Assembly (NCBI GenBank): GCA_963796275.1
Contig: CAWCKY010000002.1
Coordinates: 480,001-544,000 of the forward strand
Source: an uncultured Acidobacteriota bacterium
GTDB lineage: Bacteria; Acidobacteriota; Blastocatellia; RBC074
Direction: 5' to 3'
DNA length: 64,000 nucleotides
Part shown: positions 40,984-51,131 of the stretch, piece after piece
Numbering within the stretch: position 1 is the stretch's first letter
Layout: every line of letters starts with the position of its first letter
Position numbers and translations under genes: made by a program
Notes under the pieces: model-generated
What the model saw: only the letters and a program-made list of their open reading frames with translations
The model's database searches: none
Told to the model about the DNA's origin: nothing

Positions 40984-43900
40984 TCAGTAAGCGCCAAATC
41001 CGCCGCCGCCCGGAGTTTCAATAACAAACACATCGTCCTCCATCACCTCGATTTCATCGGCAAATGACAGCTCTACGCGTTCGCCGCCCGCCGGGTATCC
41101 GGCACGCTCAACCCAATTGCGACCCAATCCGCCCGACTCTCCACCATCAACACCGAATGGTGGCACCAGCCGATGCCCCGACAGAACAGCAGCTGTCATC
41201 GGTTCGAGGAACCGGATGCGACGAGTCGCGCCGTTCCCCCCATTCCACCTTCCGCGCCCTCCACTGCCCTTGCGTATCGAGTGCTCCTCGATCAGAACCG
41301 GGAACCGCCATTCCAGCACTTCGGGATCGGTGAGGCGCGAATTCGTCATGTGCACCTGCACCGCGTCGCATCCGTGGAAGCCGGGGCCGGCACCAGTCCC
41401 ACCGGAAATCGTCTCATAGTACTGGTAGCGCGCATTGCCAAACGTGAAATTGCTCATGGTGCCGCATGACGCAGCCATCACTCCTAACGCTCCAAAGAGA
41501 GCATCGGTAATGCACTGCGAAGTCTCCACGTTGCCGGCGACGGTCGCGGCCGGCGGGCGCGGATTCAGCATACTCCTGTCCGGAATGATGATAGTCAGCG
41601 GTCTCAGGCACCCCGCATTGAGCGGGATATCGGCATCGACCAGCGTGCGGAATACATACAGCACAGCCGCATGCACCACAGCGGCCGGAGCATTGAAGTT
41701 GTTATCGAGTTGAGATGAGGTTCCGGTAAAATCGATCGTCGCGCTACGTTGATCCGCGCCGATGGTGATCTTCACGCGTATCACCGCGCCATTGTCCATC
41801 ACATAACTGAACTCCCCGTTTTTCAATACTCCCAGCACGCGGCGCACGGACTCTTCGGCATTGTCTTGAACGTGACGCATGTAAGCTCTCACGACATCCA
41901 GGCCAAAATGCGTGACCATTTTATGCAACTCCTGAACGCCCTTTTCATTGGCGGCGATCTGGGCTCTCAAGTCCGCCATGTTCTGGTCGATGTTGCGCGC
42001 CGGATGGCGTGCGGCCGCGAGAATGCGCCGCATTCTGTCTTCGAGAATGCTCCCGGCTTCGACCAGTTTCACATTGTCGATCAATACTCCCTCATCTTCT
42101 ATGGTACGGGAGAACGGCGGCATCGAACCGGGAGTAATACCGCCGATGTCGGCGTGATGTCCCCGCGAACCAACGTAGAAAAGCAACTCTCTTCCCTGCT
42201 CATCGAACACAGGAGTGATCACCGTGACGTCGGGCAGATGTGTGCCGCCGTTGTATGGGTCGTTCAATACATAAACATCTCCAGGTACTATTCGTCCCGC
42301 GTTCCGGCGGATCACCGTCTTTATGCTCTCGCCCATAGAGCCCAGGTGCACGGGCATATGAGGGGCGTTGGCAATCAGGTTCCCTTCTGCATCGAACAGG
42401 GCGCAGGAAAAATCTAACCGCTCCTTGATGTTGACCGAATAAGCGGTATTGGCCAGACTCAAACCCATCTGCTCGGCGATCGACATGAAAAGATTGTTGA
42501 ATACCTCCAGCATTACGGGGTCGACCGATGTTCCTACCGCGAACCTGCTCAGGCGGGCCGCGATCCGCTTCAGGACCAGATGATTGAGCGGTGTTACATC
42601 GGCGCGCCAACCGGGTTCAATGATGGTAGTGGCGTTCCTCTCAACAATGATGGCCGGACCAACGATCTGTTGGCCGGCAGCGAGCTCTTCGCGCAAAAAG
42701 ATCGGCGTTTTATGGGTCATCCCTGCCGTGGTCATCTCGACGACTTCGATCGAGCTGGCAGGCTTGTGTGAGCCGCCCGCCGGTATCTCACTGAAGTTAT
42801 CCGTCTTGCCGACAGCCTCTACGGAGATTGCTTCGACGATGATTCCCCGCCCCGGCATGAGAAAACTGAAGCGCTGCTTGTAAGCCACATCGAAATCCCT
42901 TTGCAGATCAGCCAGCCCGCCGTATCCGACGATCAATGCTGTATCTGTGCCTTCATAACGCAGGTGCAAACGCTCTCGTAATTCGATGCATTCGCGGGGC
43001 ACACCCTGATTGAGAATCTCCTGCGTGACGACTTCCCCCAGTCCGTTCAGCTCCATCCGAATTTTAAGGATAACAGACTCATCCATTCGCAGTTCCACGG
43101 CTTTCTCGCGCATCGCCGTTACATCAGCGAGCCCCATGCCATAAGCCGACAATACACCTGCGAGCGGATGGATATAGATGCTGGTCATACCGAGTTCATC
43201 GGCTACAAGGCATGCGTGCTGACCGCCGGCGCCGCCGAAACACGTGAGTGTGTAGCGCGTCACATCGTGGCCGCGCTGCACTGAGATGTGCTTGATGGCG
43301 GTGGCCATGTTGGCTACCGCGACGCGAATGAAGCCTTCGGCGATCTCCTCCGGCGTTTTCCTGATGCCGGTCGCGCTCTCGATCTCGGATGCCATGGCGA
43401 AGAATCTCTCGCGTACGACATCGGCATCGAGAGATTGGTCGCCCTTCGGCCCGAGTACCTTGGGAAAATATCCAGGTTGAATCTTTCCCAGCATAACATT
43501 GCAGTCGGTAACCGTCAGCGGCCCGCCCCGCCGGTAACACGCGGGACCGGGATTGGCGCTGGCCGAATCGGGCCCGACGCGATAGCGCCCGCCGTCGAAG
43601 TGAAGGATCGAGCCGCCGCCGGCAGCAATGGTATGGATCGACATCATGGGGGAGCGCATGCGCACGCCGGCTACTTGAGTCTCGAATTCGCGTTCAAGCT
43701 CGCCGGCGAAATGTGAAACGTCTGTCGACGTGCCGCCCATATCGAAGCCAATCACCTCACCGAATCCGGCCAGTTCCGCTGTGCGCACCATACCGATGAT
43801 GCCGCCGGCCGGGCCGGACAGAATGGAATCCTTGCCCTGAAACCGGCGCGCGTCAGTGAGTCCTCCGTTCGACTGCATGAACATCAAGCGAGCATCGGGC

Positions 43901-44595
43901 AACTCGGCGGCCACCTGATCGACATAGCGCCGGAGTATCGGCGAGAGGTAAGCATCGACCACGGTCGTGTCGCCACGCGACACGAACCTCATCGTCGGGC
44001 TGACCCGATGGGAGACCGAGACTTGAGTGAAGCCGATTTCACGCGCCATCTCGGCCACACGCTGCTCATGTTTCGGAAAGCGGTAACCGTGCATGAACAC
44101 GATGGCAATGCTGCGTAAGCCCTCAGCATAGACAGCCTCGAGGTCCGCTCGCGTGCGTTTCTCATCGATCGGGCTCACGACATCGCCATGGGCGCCGATT
44201 CGTTCCACCACCTCAAGCGCTTTTCTATAGAGCAACTCGGGCAACCGAATTTCGCGATCGAACAGGCGGGGGCGGTTCTGATAGGCGATTCGCAATGCAT
44301 CACCCAGGCCTTTCGTGATGAAGAGCGCCATCGGCTCGCCCTTACGCTCCAGCAGTGCATTGGTAGCGACTGTGGTCCCCATCTTCACGACCTCGATTTG
44401 ATCGACCGGGATAGGCGCTCCGCTCTCAATGCCGAGCATGTGACGGATACCGGCGATTGCCGCGTCACCGTATTGTTCTGGATTGTCGGAGAGAAGTTTA
44501 TGTGTGATGAGCGAGCCGTCAGGACGCTTCGCGACGATGTCGGTGAATGTCCCGCCGCGGTCGATCCAAAATTGCCATCCGGGCGATTGGTGCAT
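40984..44595 (-). CDS. 5-oxoprolinase (fused hydantoinase A/B type)
   Basis: 'FWIDRGGTFTD', 'MGTTVATNALLERKG', 'SGPAGG', 'FDMGGTSTD', 'S.NIKERLDFSCALF', 'ETPGGGG'. Confidence 0.92.
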   Translation of the reverse strand: MHQSPGWQFWIDRGGTFTDIVAKRPDGSLITHKLLSDNPEQYGDAAIAGIRHMLGIESGAPIPVDQIEVVKMGTTVATNALLERKGEPMALFITKGLGDALRIAYQNRPRLFDREIRLPELLYRKALEVVERIGAHGDVVSPIDEKRTRADLEAVYAEGLRSIAIVFMHGYRFPKHEQRVAEMAREIGFTQVSVSHRVSPTMRFVSRGDTTVVDAYLSPILRRYVDQVAAELPDARLMFMQSNGGLTDARRFQGKDSILSGPAGGIIGMVRTAELAGFGEVIGFDMGGTSTDVSHFAGELEREFETQVAGVRMRSPMMSIHTIAAGGGSILHFDGGRYRVGPDSASANPGPACYRRGGPLTVTDCNVMLGKIQPGYFPKVLGPKGDQSLDADVVRERFFAMASEIESATGIRKTPEEIAEGFIRVAVANMATAIKHISVQRGHDVTRYTLTCFGGAGGQHACLVADELGMTSIYIHPLAGVLSAYGMGLADVTAMREKAVELRMDESVILKIRMELNGLGEVVTQEILNQGVPRECIELRERLHLRYEGTDTALIVGYGGLADLQRDFDVAYKQRFSFLMPGRGIIVEAISVEAVGKTDNFSEIPAGGSHKPASSIEVVEMTTAGMTHKTPIFLREELAAGQQIVGPAIIVERNATTIIEPGWRADVTPLNHLVLKRIAARLSRFAVGTSVDPVMLEVFNNLFMSIAEQMGLSLANTAYSVNIKERLDFSCALFDAEGNLIANAPHMPVHLGSMGESIKTVIRRNAGRIVPGDVYVLNDPYNGGTHLPDVTVITPVFDEQGRELLFYVGSRGHHADIGGITPGSMPPFSRTIEDEGVLIDNVKLVEAGSILEDRMRRILAAARHPARNIDQNMADLRAQIAANEKGVQELHKMVTHFGLDVVRAYMRHVQDNAEESVRRVLGVLKNGEFSYVMDNGAVIRVKITIGADQRSATIDFTGTSSQLDNNFNAPAAVVHAAVLYVFRTLVDADIPLNAGCLRPLTIIIPDRSMLNPRPPAATVAGNVETSQCITDALFGALGVMAASCGTMSNFTFGNARYQYYETISGGTGAGPGFHGCDAVQVHMTNSRLTDPEVLEWRFPVLIEEHSIRKGSGGRGRWNGGNGATRRIRFLEPMTAAVLSGHRLVPPFGVDGGESGGLGRNWVERAGYPAGGERVELSFADEIEVMEDDVFVIETPGGGGFGAY

Positions 44596-44775
44596 GATCG
44601 GTATGATGCAGATATTAATTACAAATGGACACAGGACACAAAAGCGAGATACTCCCGTTGTGACTGTTATTATTATGTGAACCGAAGTCCAACATATTCA
44701 TAATTCACCCGGCACAGCGCGGAAGGAGCGCAATCCCTATAGTTGATGAATTGCCCTATATATTCCCTTCTGACT

Positions 44776-45297
44776 TCAACGCTTTTTCTTCTTCGTCGAT
44801 GACCAGATCATATCCGCGATCGTGTGAGCTTCAGCTCCGATCCATAATCCGATAAAGCCCGCGAGCAGATAGCCCGGCTCAATCGATGTATACAAGTCAA
44901 AGCCGGAGATGTAGATATATTGCGCCTCCTGCAGCACATCTGATTTCCTTCCTATCCACAAGGCATACCAGGACCATCGTAAGACGATGAATAATAAACC
45001 GATCATCACATGAAGATATATGATCCTGGACACTACTCCTATCAACAATCCGTGGCTGAGGATGTGACGATGTGGTAGTGCGGCTTTGTAAGGCCACCAG
45101 ATAAACCTCAACCATCCCCAGCGTATGTATGATTCGCTGTGCAAGTCGAGGTCGGGTGAAAACAGGAGACCGGAGAACAATGTCGATATACCGTAGATGA
45201 AGGTTAGCCTCCATTCCCCAGTATCGTACTGCATCGCCGCCGCACCGAGGGCTGCAACTGCTAAAGTGATCCGATCATGCACTGGGCCATTGGGCAT
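44776..45297 (-). CDS. Metal-binding membrane protein (DUF2227-like)
   Basis: 'MP.G..HDRIT', 'FSPDLD..S....RWG.LR..W.PY....HR...SHG', 'H..AD'. Confidence 0.82.
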   Translation of the reverse strand: MPNGPVHDRITLAVAALGAAAMQYDTGEWRLTFIYGISTLFSGLLFSPDLDLHSESYIRWGWLRFIWWPYKAALPHRHILSHGLLIGVVSRIIYLHVMIGLLFIVLRWSWYALWIGRKSDVLQEAQYIYISGFDLYTSIEPGYLLAGFIGLWIGAEAHTIADMIWSSTKKKKR

Positions 45298-45309
45298 TTC
45301 CTGCGCCGG

Positions 45310-47190
45310 CTATTTCCTCGCCTGTGGTGTGATCTTCAGTTTCAGCCGTTCACTGCCGCGAATGACTTCGACCTCGTATTCCTGATCGGGCTTCATCTCG
45401 CCGAGAGAATAAGTGTAGTCGTACACATTCTTGATCTCACGCTCGCCCAGCTTTACGATTTTGTCTCCGGACTTGATACCGGCTCTGGACGCAGGGGAAT
45501 CGTCGCGTACGGCATCCAGCAGCATCCCTTCATTCGATTCGGCATAGTTCGGCACATTGCCCAGGTAAACGCGAAAACTCATCGATCGCCCCCCCGAGCT
45601 GCTCCGCGCCAAAATATAGGCCGGACGAGCATCACTGCCGTCGATCGAGCGCACGATGGAACCGACGAGATCTACAACCCGTGCCTCCCCCTCGTAATTT
45701 ATCTTCTCCGCCGTGTCCGAAGGCTTGTGGTAATCCTCATGGCTGCCGGTGTAAAAGAAGAGGACTGGTATCTGTTTTGCGTAAAACGATGAGTGGTCAC
45801 TCGGACCGAAGCCGTCTTCGCTGAGCTGCAGCGTGAATCCCCGCGTTCCGCTGTTGTGGCTCTCTACCAGTTTGCGAAATTCCGCGGAAGTGCCAATGCC
45901 GCCGACCGACAGTTTGCCGTCGCGCAAGCGACCGATCATATCCATATTGATCATCGCCACGCTGTCCGCGAGCGGGACAGCCGGATTATTGACGTAGTGA
46001 TTCGAGCCGATCAAACCGGTCTCCTCCGCGCTGAATGCGACGAAAATGAGACTGCGGCGAGGCTTCGTTCTCTCTGCGTTGAAAATTCGCGCCAGTTCCA
46101 ACAACCCCGCCACCCCCGAAGCGTTATCATCCGCGCCGTGGTGAATTTCGCTCGATCCCGGTGCCCGGCTATTGCTTTCACCGCCGCGACCCAGGCCGTC
46201 ATAATGCGCGCCAATGACGATGAACTCGCGCTTGAGTTTCGGATCGGAGCCCTCGAGAATGCCAACGACATTGTAAGCCGGAACCGACCGGCGCGTGATG
46301 TCGACCGAAAGACTGATCGATTTATTTGCCAGTGTCTGCTCAGACCATTTATCTGCCGACTTTTCCAGTAAGCTGATTTCCGCAGCCCCGGGCAATCCGA
46401 ATATTTTAGCTGCCGCCTGCCGCGAGACGGCGATCACGGGCAATCCGGCTTCGCCCGCAGTCTGGTCGTAACTCAACCGGGACAGGCGGTCATCAGCGAA
46501 CTTTTCATCGCTCGCGATGATGATCAACGCCCTGGCGCCGTGATCTTTAGCGGCAATCGCCCTCCAACGCGCATCCGAATACCGAGAAAACTGCCCATGC
46601 AGATTGTCACCATCCGGTGTGCTCGCGAAGGCGAGCGCGACTTTGTCCTTCGCATCGATGTTCGCGTAGTCGTCGTGTTTCAAATCGGGAGCGGTAATTC
46701 CATATCCCACGAAAACGACTTGCGTCTGCGACAAACTGCCGTTCGAAGAAAATCCGATCGGCATCCAATCAGTGCGCAGTGATATTGAACCTGCATTTCC
46801 ACCCTTCCGAATGTTCAGAGAATTGTTCCTTCCCAACTGGACGGCGGCAATGAACGGAAATTCCTTCAGATACCCCGGATGATTATTTCCGGCGCTCTTG
46901 CATGTGGCTTTCGGTGCGGCGCAATCAAGCCCGTACTCATTAAACTGATCAGCGATATACCGTGCAGCTTTATCGGCTCCGGCAGTTCCCGGTTTGCGGC
47001 CATCGAGGTCATCCGAAGCAAGACGGGTGACGTGTTTTTTCAGCAAATTGGCATCGGGTGAAACCTTGCTGCTCGGCTCCTCGTGATGCGCATGCTGCGC
47101 GAGCCCGGATATCGTCAGAGTGACGATAATAAAGAAGAATAGTGAGAAGCCGCTTCTTCTCATCAGTAATGGCAAACGTCTCATTTTCAA
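45310..47190 (-). CDS. M28 family peptidase with PA and PDZ domains
   Basis: 'LASD.L.GR..GT.G', 'VFVGYGI', 'GAHYD', 'GADDNASG', 'FSAEE.GL.GS', 'SDH', 'H.DYH.P.D'; C-terminal PDZ. Confidence 0.92.
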   Translation of the reverse strand: MKMRRLPLLMRRSGFSLFFFIIVTLTISGLAQHAHHEEPSSKVSPDANLLKKHVTRLASDDLDGRKPGTAGADKAARYIADQFNEYGLDCAAPKATCKSAGNNHPGYLKEFPFIAAVQLGRNNSLNIRKGGNAGSISLRTDWMPIGFSSNGSLSQTQVVFVGYGITAPDLKHDDYANIDAKDKVALAFASTPDGDNLHGQFSRYSDARWRAIAAKDHGARALIIIASDEKFADDRLSRLSYDQTAGEAGLPVIAVSRQAAAKIFGLPGAAEISLLEKSADKWSEQTLANKSISLSVDITRRSVPAYNVVGILEGSDPKLKREFIVIGAHYDGLGRGGESNSRAPGSSEIHHGADDNASGVAGLLELARIFNAERTKPRRSLIFVAFSAEETGLIGSNHYVNNPAVPLADSVAMINMDMIGRLRDGKLSVGGIGTSAEFRKLVESHNSGTRGFTLQLSEDGFGPSDHSSFYAKQIPVLFFYTGSHEDYHKPSDTAEKINYEGEARVVDLVGSIVRSIDGSDARPAYILARSSSGGRSMSFRVYLGNVPNYAESNEGMLLDAVRDDSPASRAGIKSGDKIVKLGEREIKNVYDYTYSLGEMKPDQEYEVEVIRGSERLKLKITPQARK

Positions 47191-47351
47191 TACTCCTGCT
47201 TTAAACTGAATTTCATTGGCATTTTACATCAGGTATTCGAATGCTCAAGATAGTCTTGAGCGGGGCTGGCCGAAATTTACGAGGCGGTCGGCGCTATCGA
47301 CGCAAGTTTATCAGCATCTTGTGCTCGATGCACAGTGAATACCAACGCGAA

Positions 47352-48173
47352 TCACTGCTTCAATACATCACGCAACAATCCCGTCAGCAGCTCGTTGAAT
47401 CGCGCTGGATCTTCCAGCATAGGATAGTGTCCGACGCCCTTCATGATTACAGCGTCGAAATTTGACGCGTACCTGCGGTTGACTTCCAGGTTGGTGGGGT
47501 ACAAGTCAGAGTTTATTGCCCGGATCGGGGCTTTGATCTTTCGCAGTGCAGGGATCGGATCGTATGTCAGAGCTGCTTCCAGAGTTCGAATCGCGATCTC
47601 AGGTTGCGCGGAGGTTGCCTGTGAGATTATGCGTTCTTTAACCGCTGCCGGAGTGTTCGGAACGAAGAGTGACTGTGTCATGAATTTTACAGTCTCACCC
47701 TTGAAATCCGAACGCATATACTTCAAGAAAGCTTCGACCTGTTCCGGGGGCATCCGCTCGCCCACGTCGTTCAAGTCGTCTACTGGCACTATGGCTACCA
47801 CGCGCTCCGGCATTCGCAGCGCCGCCTCCAGAACGACCCGGCCACCCATCGAGCTGCCGATGAGCACGACTCGCTTCAGACCGAGCTTCTCTACTACCGT
47901 CTTGACGTCCTCTCCGAAACGGTTGATGGACCAATCCTTACGCCCTTTACCCGATTCACCGTGGCCTGGCAGGTCGATCGTAACTACCCGGTAACTCTTA
48001 GAAAAAACAGACAGCTGATTATCCCAAAGGTGGCTGTTACACGTCCAACAATGTACGAACACCAGCGCCGGCTCCCCACTGCCCTGATCGTTGTAGTGAA
48101 TGGGAACGCCATCGGAAGCATAGACAACTGCGGCCAGAAGAATGAGAAACCGTAAGATCACGCAATACTCCAC
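47352..48173 (-). CDS. Alpha/beta fold hydrolase
   Basis: 'DG..IHY...G.GEP.LVFVH', 'DLPGHGES', 'G.SMGG', 'GHYPMLE.P..FN'; start uncertain. Confidence 0.85.
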   Translation of the reverse strand: MEYCVILRFLILLAAVVYASDGVPIHYNDQGSGEPALVFVHCWTCNSHLWDNQLSVFSKSYRVVTIDLPGHGESGKGRKDWSINRFGEDVKTVVEKLGLKRVVLIGSSMGGRVVLEAALRMPERVVAIVPVDDLNDVGERMPPEQVEAFLKYMRSDFKGETVKFMTQSLFVPNTPAAVKERIISQATSAQPEIAIRTLEAALTYDPIPALRKIKAPIRAINSDLYPTNLEVNRRYASNFDAVIMKGVGHYPMLEDPARFNELLTGLLRDVLKQ

Positions 48174-48195
48174 AATAAAAATTTACCTTCCGCGC

Positions 48196-48583
48196 CTACG
48201 GTACCTTTGTGATCCGCACATTGTCCAGAAAAACTGTATTGTCTCCACCCTTTATATTCGTCACGGCAAACTCCAGGGTGTGCGCCGTTGCGGTGGCCGT
48301 GAAGGTGACTCTGTAATCGGAATAGTTCGTAGCCGTTTGAGGCGGCGTAAAGCGTCCGGAGAGTTGAGATTATCAGGCAACCTGCGATCGCGTTGCTGCC
48401 AGAGGTGACATGCAGTTCGGAACGTCCGGCCATATTGACAGTTATATCGGTCAATGTGCTGAAAATCCGGATGCTGCCACTGATATCTAAGTTTTGTTGC
48501 GCCTTTCCCGCAGGCGGTAACAAAATAAACAGCAAAAGCAGCAGGACTTCGAGCATGCGCGCTGAGAATTTCGTCCCTCTCAT
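48196..48583 (-). pseudogene. Internally deleted secreted carbohydrate-active protein relic
   Basis: Signal peptide plus 'TVNMAGRSELHVTS...(I)NLNSPDA', joined across frameshifts to 'FTPPQTATNYSDYRVTFTATATAHTLEFAVTNIKGGDNTVFLDNVRITKVP*', a CBM-like C-terminus. Confidence 0.6.
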
Positions 48584-48698
48584 CGTTCTAATATGGGCTC
48601 CTCGAGATGAAGATTGAATTGATAGCCGTTAACAGCTGGCAAACCGGACTACACTGAATTTTTGATTTTCATCAGTGACTTCAAGAAATCAATTAACC

Positions 48699-48777
48699 GC
48701 AACGGGGCAACGGGGCAACGGGGCAACGGGGCAACGGGGCAACGGGGCAACGGGGCAACGGGGCAACGGGGCAACGG
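48699..48777. repeat. Tandem octamer (GCAACGGG)x~10
   Basis: Nine perfect units plus a partial tenth, read directly. Confidence 0.95.
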
Positions 48778-49138
48778 AGTGTGCCTCGGACACGCAGATG
48801 TGTAACTGATGTTTAGCTTCTGCGATACCCACACTCTCAAGCCTTCGCGGAGAACTGACTTAATCCTCGACCCGATAAGCAGGTTTTGGTTACACGTATG
48901 TTACCTGCAATCTAAGCTGCTTGTGACCCGGATCGCACACATCTCTCGAACGAAGTTGGTTCTGGTTCTGGTTCTGGTGGAACAGTACAACTAAAACAAA
49001 AATATATAGCTTAATACGATTATTTATGAATAGCTTTTGATATCTGTGTGAGGAAGGAACCGCGTTGCCTCACCGCAAACACGATCACGGTAATTGTAGT
49101 TGGCATGCATCTTCTGTGGCAAGACTACGCATAAACCG

Positions 49139-50917
49139 TTATTGCCCGCCGCCCTGGATCCCATAAACCAACGTTTTGGCCTTTCGCGTCTTTACATTCC
49201 GCAACCCCTCCTCGATAAACGGGCTCGTATCGAGAACCGCCAGATAACATCCAGCCGATAAAGATTCCCTGGGATTTACCTCGGAATTGTTGATCATCTC
49301 CAACCAATTATTGGTATATACATTACGCAGTCCATCCGCCGCGCCTGAGGCTTTCAGGTTTATGGGCGTCAACCGCGATTCCGTGCCCGCCTGAATGTTT
49401 GTCGCCGTGTAAAGTTCGCCCGTTTTATCCGCCCACCAGAGCTGGCGAATGTCGGCTCCCAGGCTATTCAGCAGAGCGATCGAACCATTTTCGCGCTCCC
49501 TGACGGTCAATCGTTCGCGACGTACTTCGCTCTTGCGGAACGTGAAATATACGGGCACTCGCGCGGTAATCCATTGCGAAGCGAGATGTTGATCGTGTGT
49601 CCAGTCGATTGTGCGAATCGGCCCGTCACCGTATTTGAGGTTCCAGTACTTTTTCAACATCAACTGAGTATCGTTACTGAAATGAAGTCCATCGGCCGTG
49701 ATCACCGGAGAATAATATCCGAGCCACCCGAGGCTCGTCGCTCGATGAGAGACCTCGTCGAGGATTGTCATGGCTTCCGTACGCGCACTGTCGCTCAGCC
49801 GTTCTCCCAAGAGCGCAGAAGATGAGATGGCGAGAGCAGTCAGCAAGGAAATCGCGGGCAAAGTCCACCACATCTTTTTCTTTCGCCGAGCAAGCCATAT
49901 CAGATTGAGTGGACCGATTACGACGACGAACACAATCATCAAGAGCAAGAAACAACGGACCGGAACCGCTATCCCATCGGTCACTGGAAACTCCCGATTG
50001 ATCTGGGCGAGCGGTGTGGAAAACGAGTCGTCCATCCGCGACCCTACCCAATGGCCCTTGATATCGTTCCATTGGCTCGCCTCTATCTGTTTCGGATCTA
50101 TGTCACCCGTCAGAATCAATGTCCCGAACCCGACATAGTAGACTGGAAGCTCATTCTTTCCTCTGATCGCGCTGATGATCGAATGTCGCCGGCCTTCCCA
50201 CTGATGCGGCACTTCCCACGGTCCGATCACCAGCATCGATCCTCCGCATTCCAGATAACTCCAGAGGGCAGAATGCACCCCTGACGGCATCTCCCGCAGA
50301 TCATCGGAAGTGATAACCAGGCCATCGAATTGCGTATACCCGAGCCAATTGGCGCTCCATTCATCCAGCGGCACATCGTACGGGAGATAGGCGACATCTA
50401 TTTCGCTAGCTTCCTTGAACCCTTCTTCGACTGCCGCTTCAGACATCAGTTTCGTTCGACTCACACTCTGGCTAATCAGCAAAGAAACCCTGTTGTTCGT
50501 CCTCCGGACCCAAGCGCCGGTGCGCGCGGCCTCAGCCGCGACCTCGTCCTTCTGCCGAATGCCATCGATCTCGATGGTGAATCTTCTACCGCCAGCGGCC
50601 AATTGCGGGAGGAAGAGCGAGACCTGCGACGTAGATGATGGAGGCACCATGGCGGTGCGCTTAATAATGATATTGTTCATGCCTGTACTCGATATGACCG
50701 AGTCCAGAATAACCTGGTGGGCGCGCTGGGAAGAAAGATTGGCTATCGTCGCACGGTATTCTTCATACCCGTCGCGATACTCGATGCTCGATGCAATAGA
50801 CTCTACTCTTACAGAAATCTCGCCGAACAGTTTTGTCTGAGCAGAGGTTGTGACGCATGAAATCAGACTCATTAATGCGAAGAGCTGAACCTGTTTGAAG
50901 GTTAATCGTTTTCTCAT
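49139..50917 (-). CDS. Hypothetical membrane protein with glutamine-amidotransferase-like middle domain
   Basis: Signal peptide; 'W..NWLGY..FD.....AL..Y...GG.'; TM block 'F.VVIGP.N...L.R.K...WWT.PAIS'. Confidence 0.65.
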   Translation of the reverse strand: MRKRLTFKQVQLFALMSLISCVTTSAQTKLFGEISVRVESIASSIEYRDGYEEYRATIANLSSQRAHQVILDSVISSTGMNNIIIKRTAMVPPSSTSQVSLFLPQLAAGGRRFTIEIDGIRQKDEVAAEAARTGAWVRRTNNRVSLLISQSVSRTKLMSEAAVEEGFKEASEIDVAYLPYDVPLDEWSANWLGYTQFDGLVITSDDLREMPSGVHSALWSYLECGGSMLVIGPWEVPHQWEGRRHSIISAIRGKNELPVYYVGFGTLILTGDIDPKQIEASQWNDIKGHWVGSRMDDSFSTPLAQINREFPVTDGIAVPVRCFLLLMIVFVVVIGPLNLIWLARRKKKMWWTLPAISLLTALAISSSALLGERLSDSARTEAMTILDEVSHRATSLGWLGYYSPVITADGLHFSNDTQLMLKKYWNLKYGDGPIRTIDWTHDQHLASQWITARVPVYFTFRKSEVRRERLTVRERENGSIALLNSLGADIRQLWWADKTGELYTATNIQAGTESRLTPINLKASGAADGLRNVYTNNWLEMINNSEVNPRESLSAGCYLAVLDTSPFIEEGLRNVKTRKAKTLVYGIQGGGQ

Positions 50918-51131
50918 TCATTTATAAAGCATTGCTGAAATGCTTCGGATTGATTCATAGCCAATCCCGAATAATACAAAAATCTCAAAAGATTTCTCAG
51001 CTAGCCGTTTTTAGTCGTATTTGCGATTTGGATGAATTTCTGGAATAAAAATTGAGGAGGCAAACTGCGCCTCCTCGAGAACGGGTCCGAAAAAATTCGG
51101 ACACCTCACCCTGAACATCAGAAGAAAAATT

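Noticed and set aside
40984-44595. Fused eukaryote-like 5-oxoprolinase as horizontal transfer from eukaryotes
   Set aside because: Single-chain hydantoinase/oxoprolinase proteins are widespread in bacteria.
48699-48777. Possible CRISPR array
   Set aside because: Contiguous 8-bp units with no unique spacers, and no cas genes in the window.
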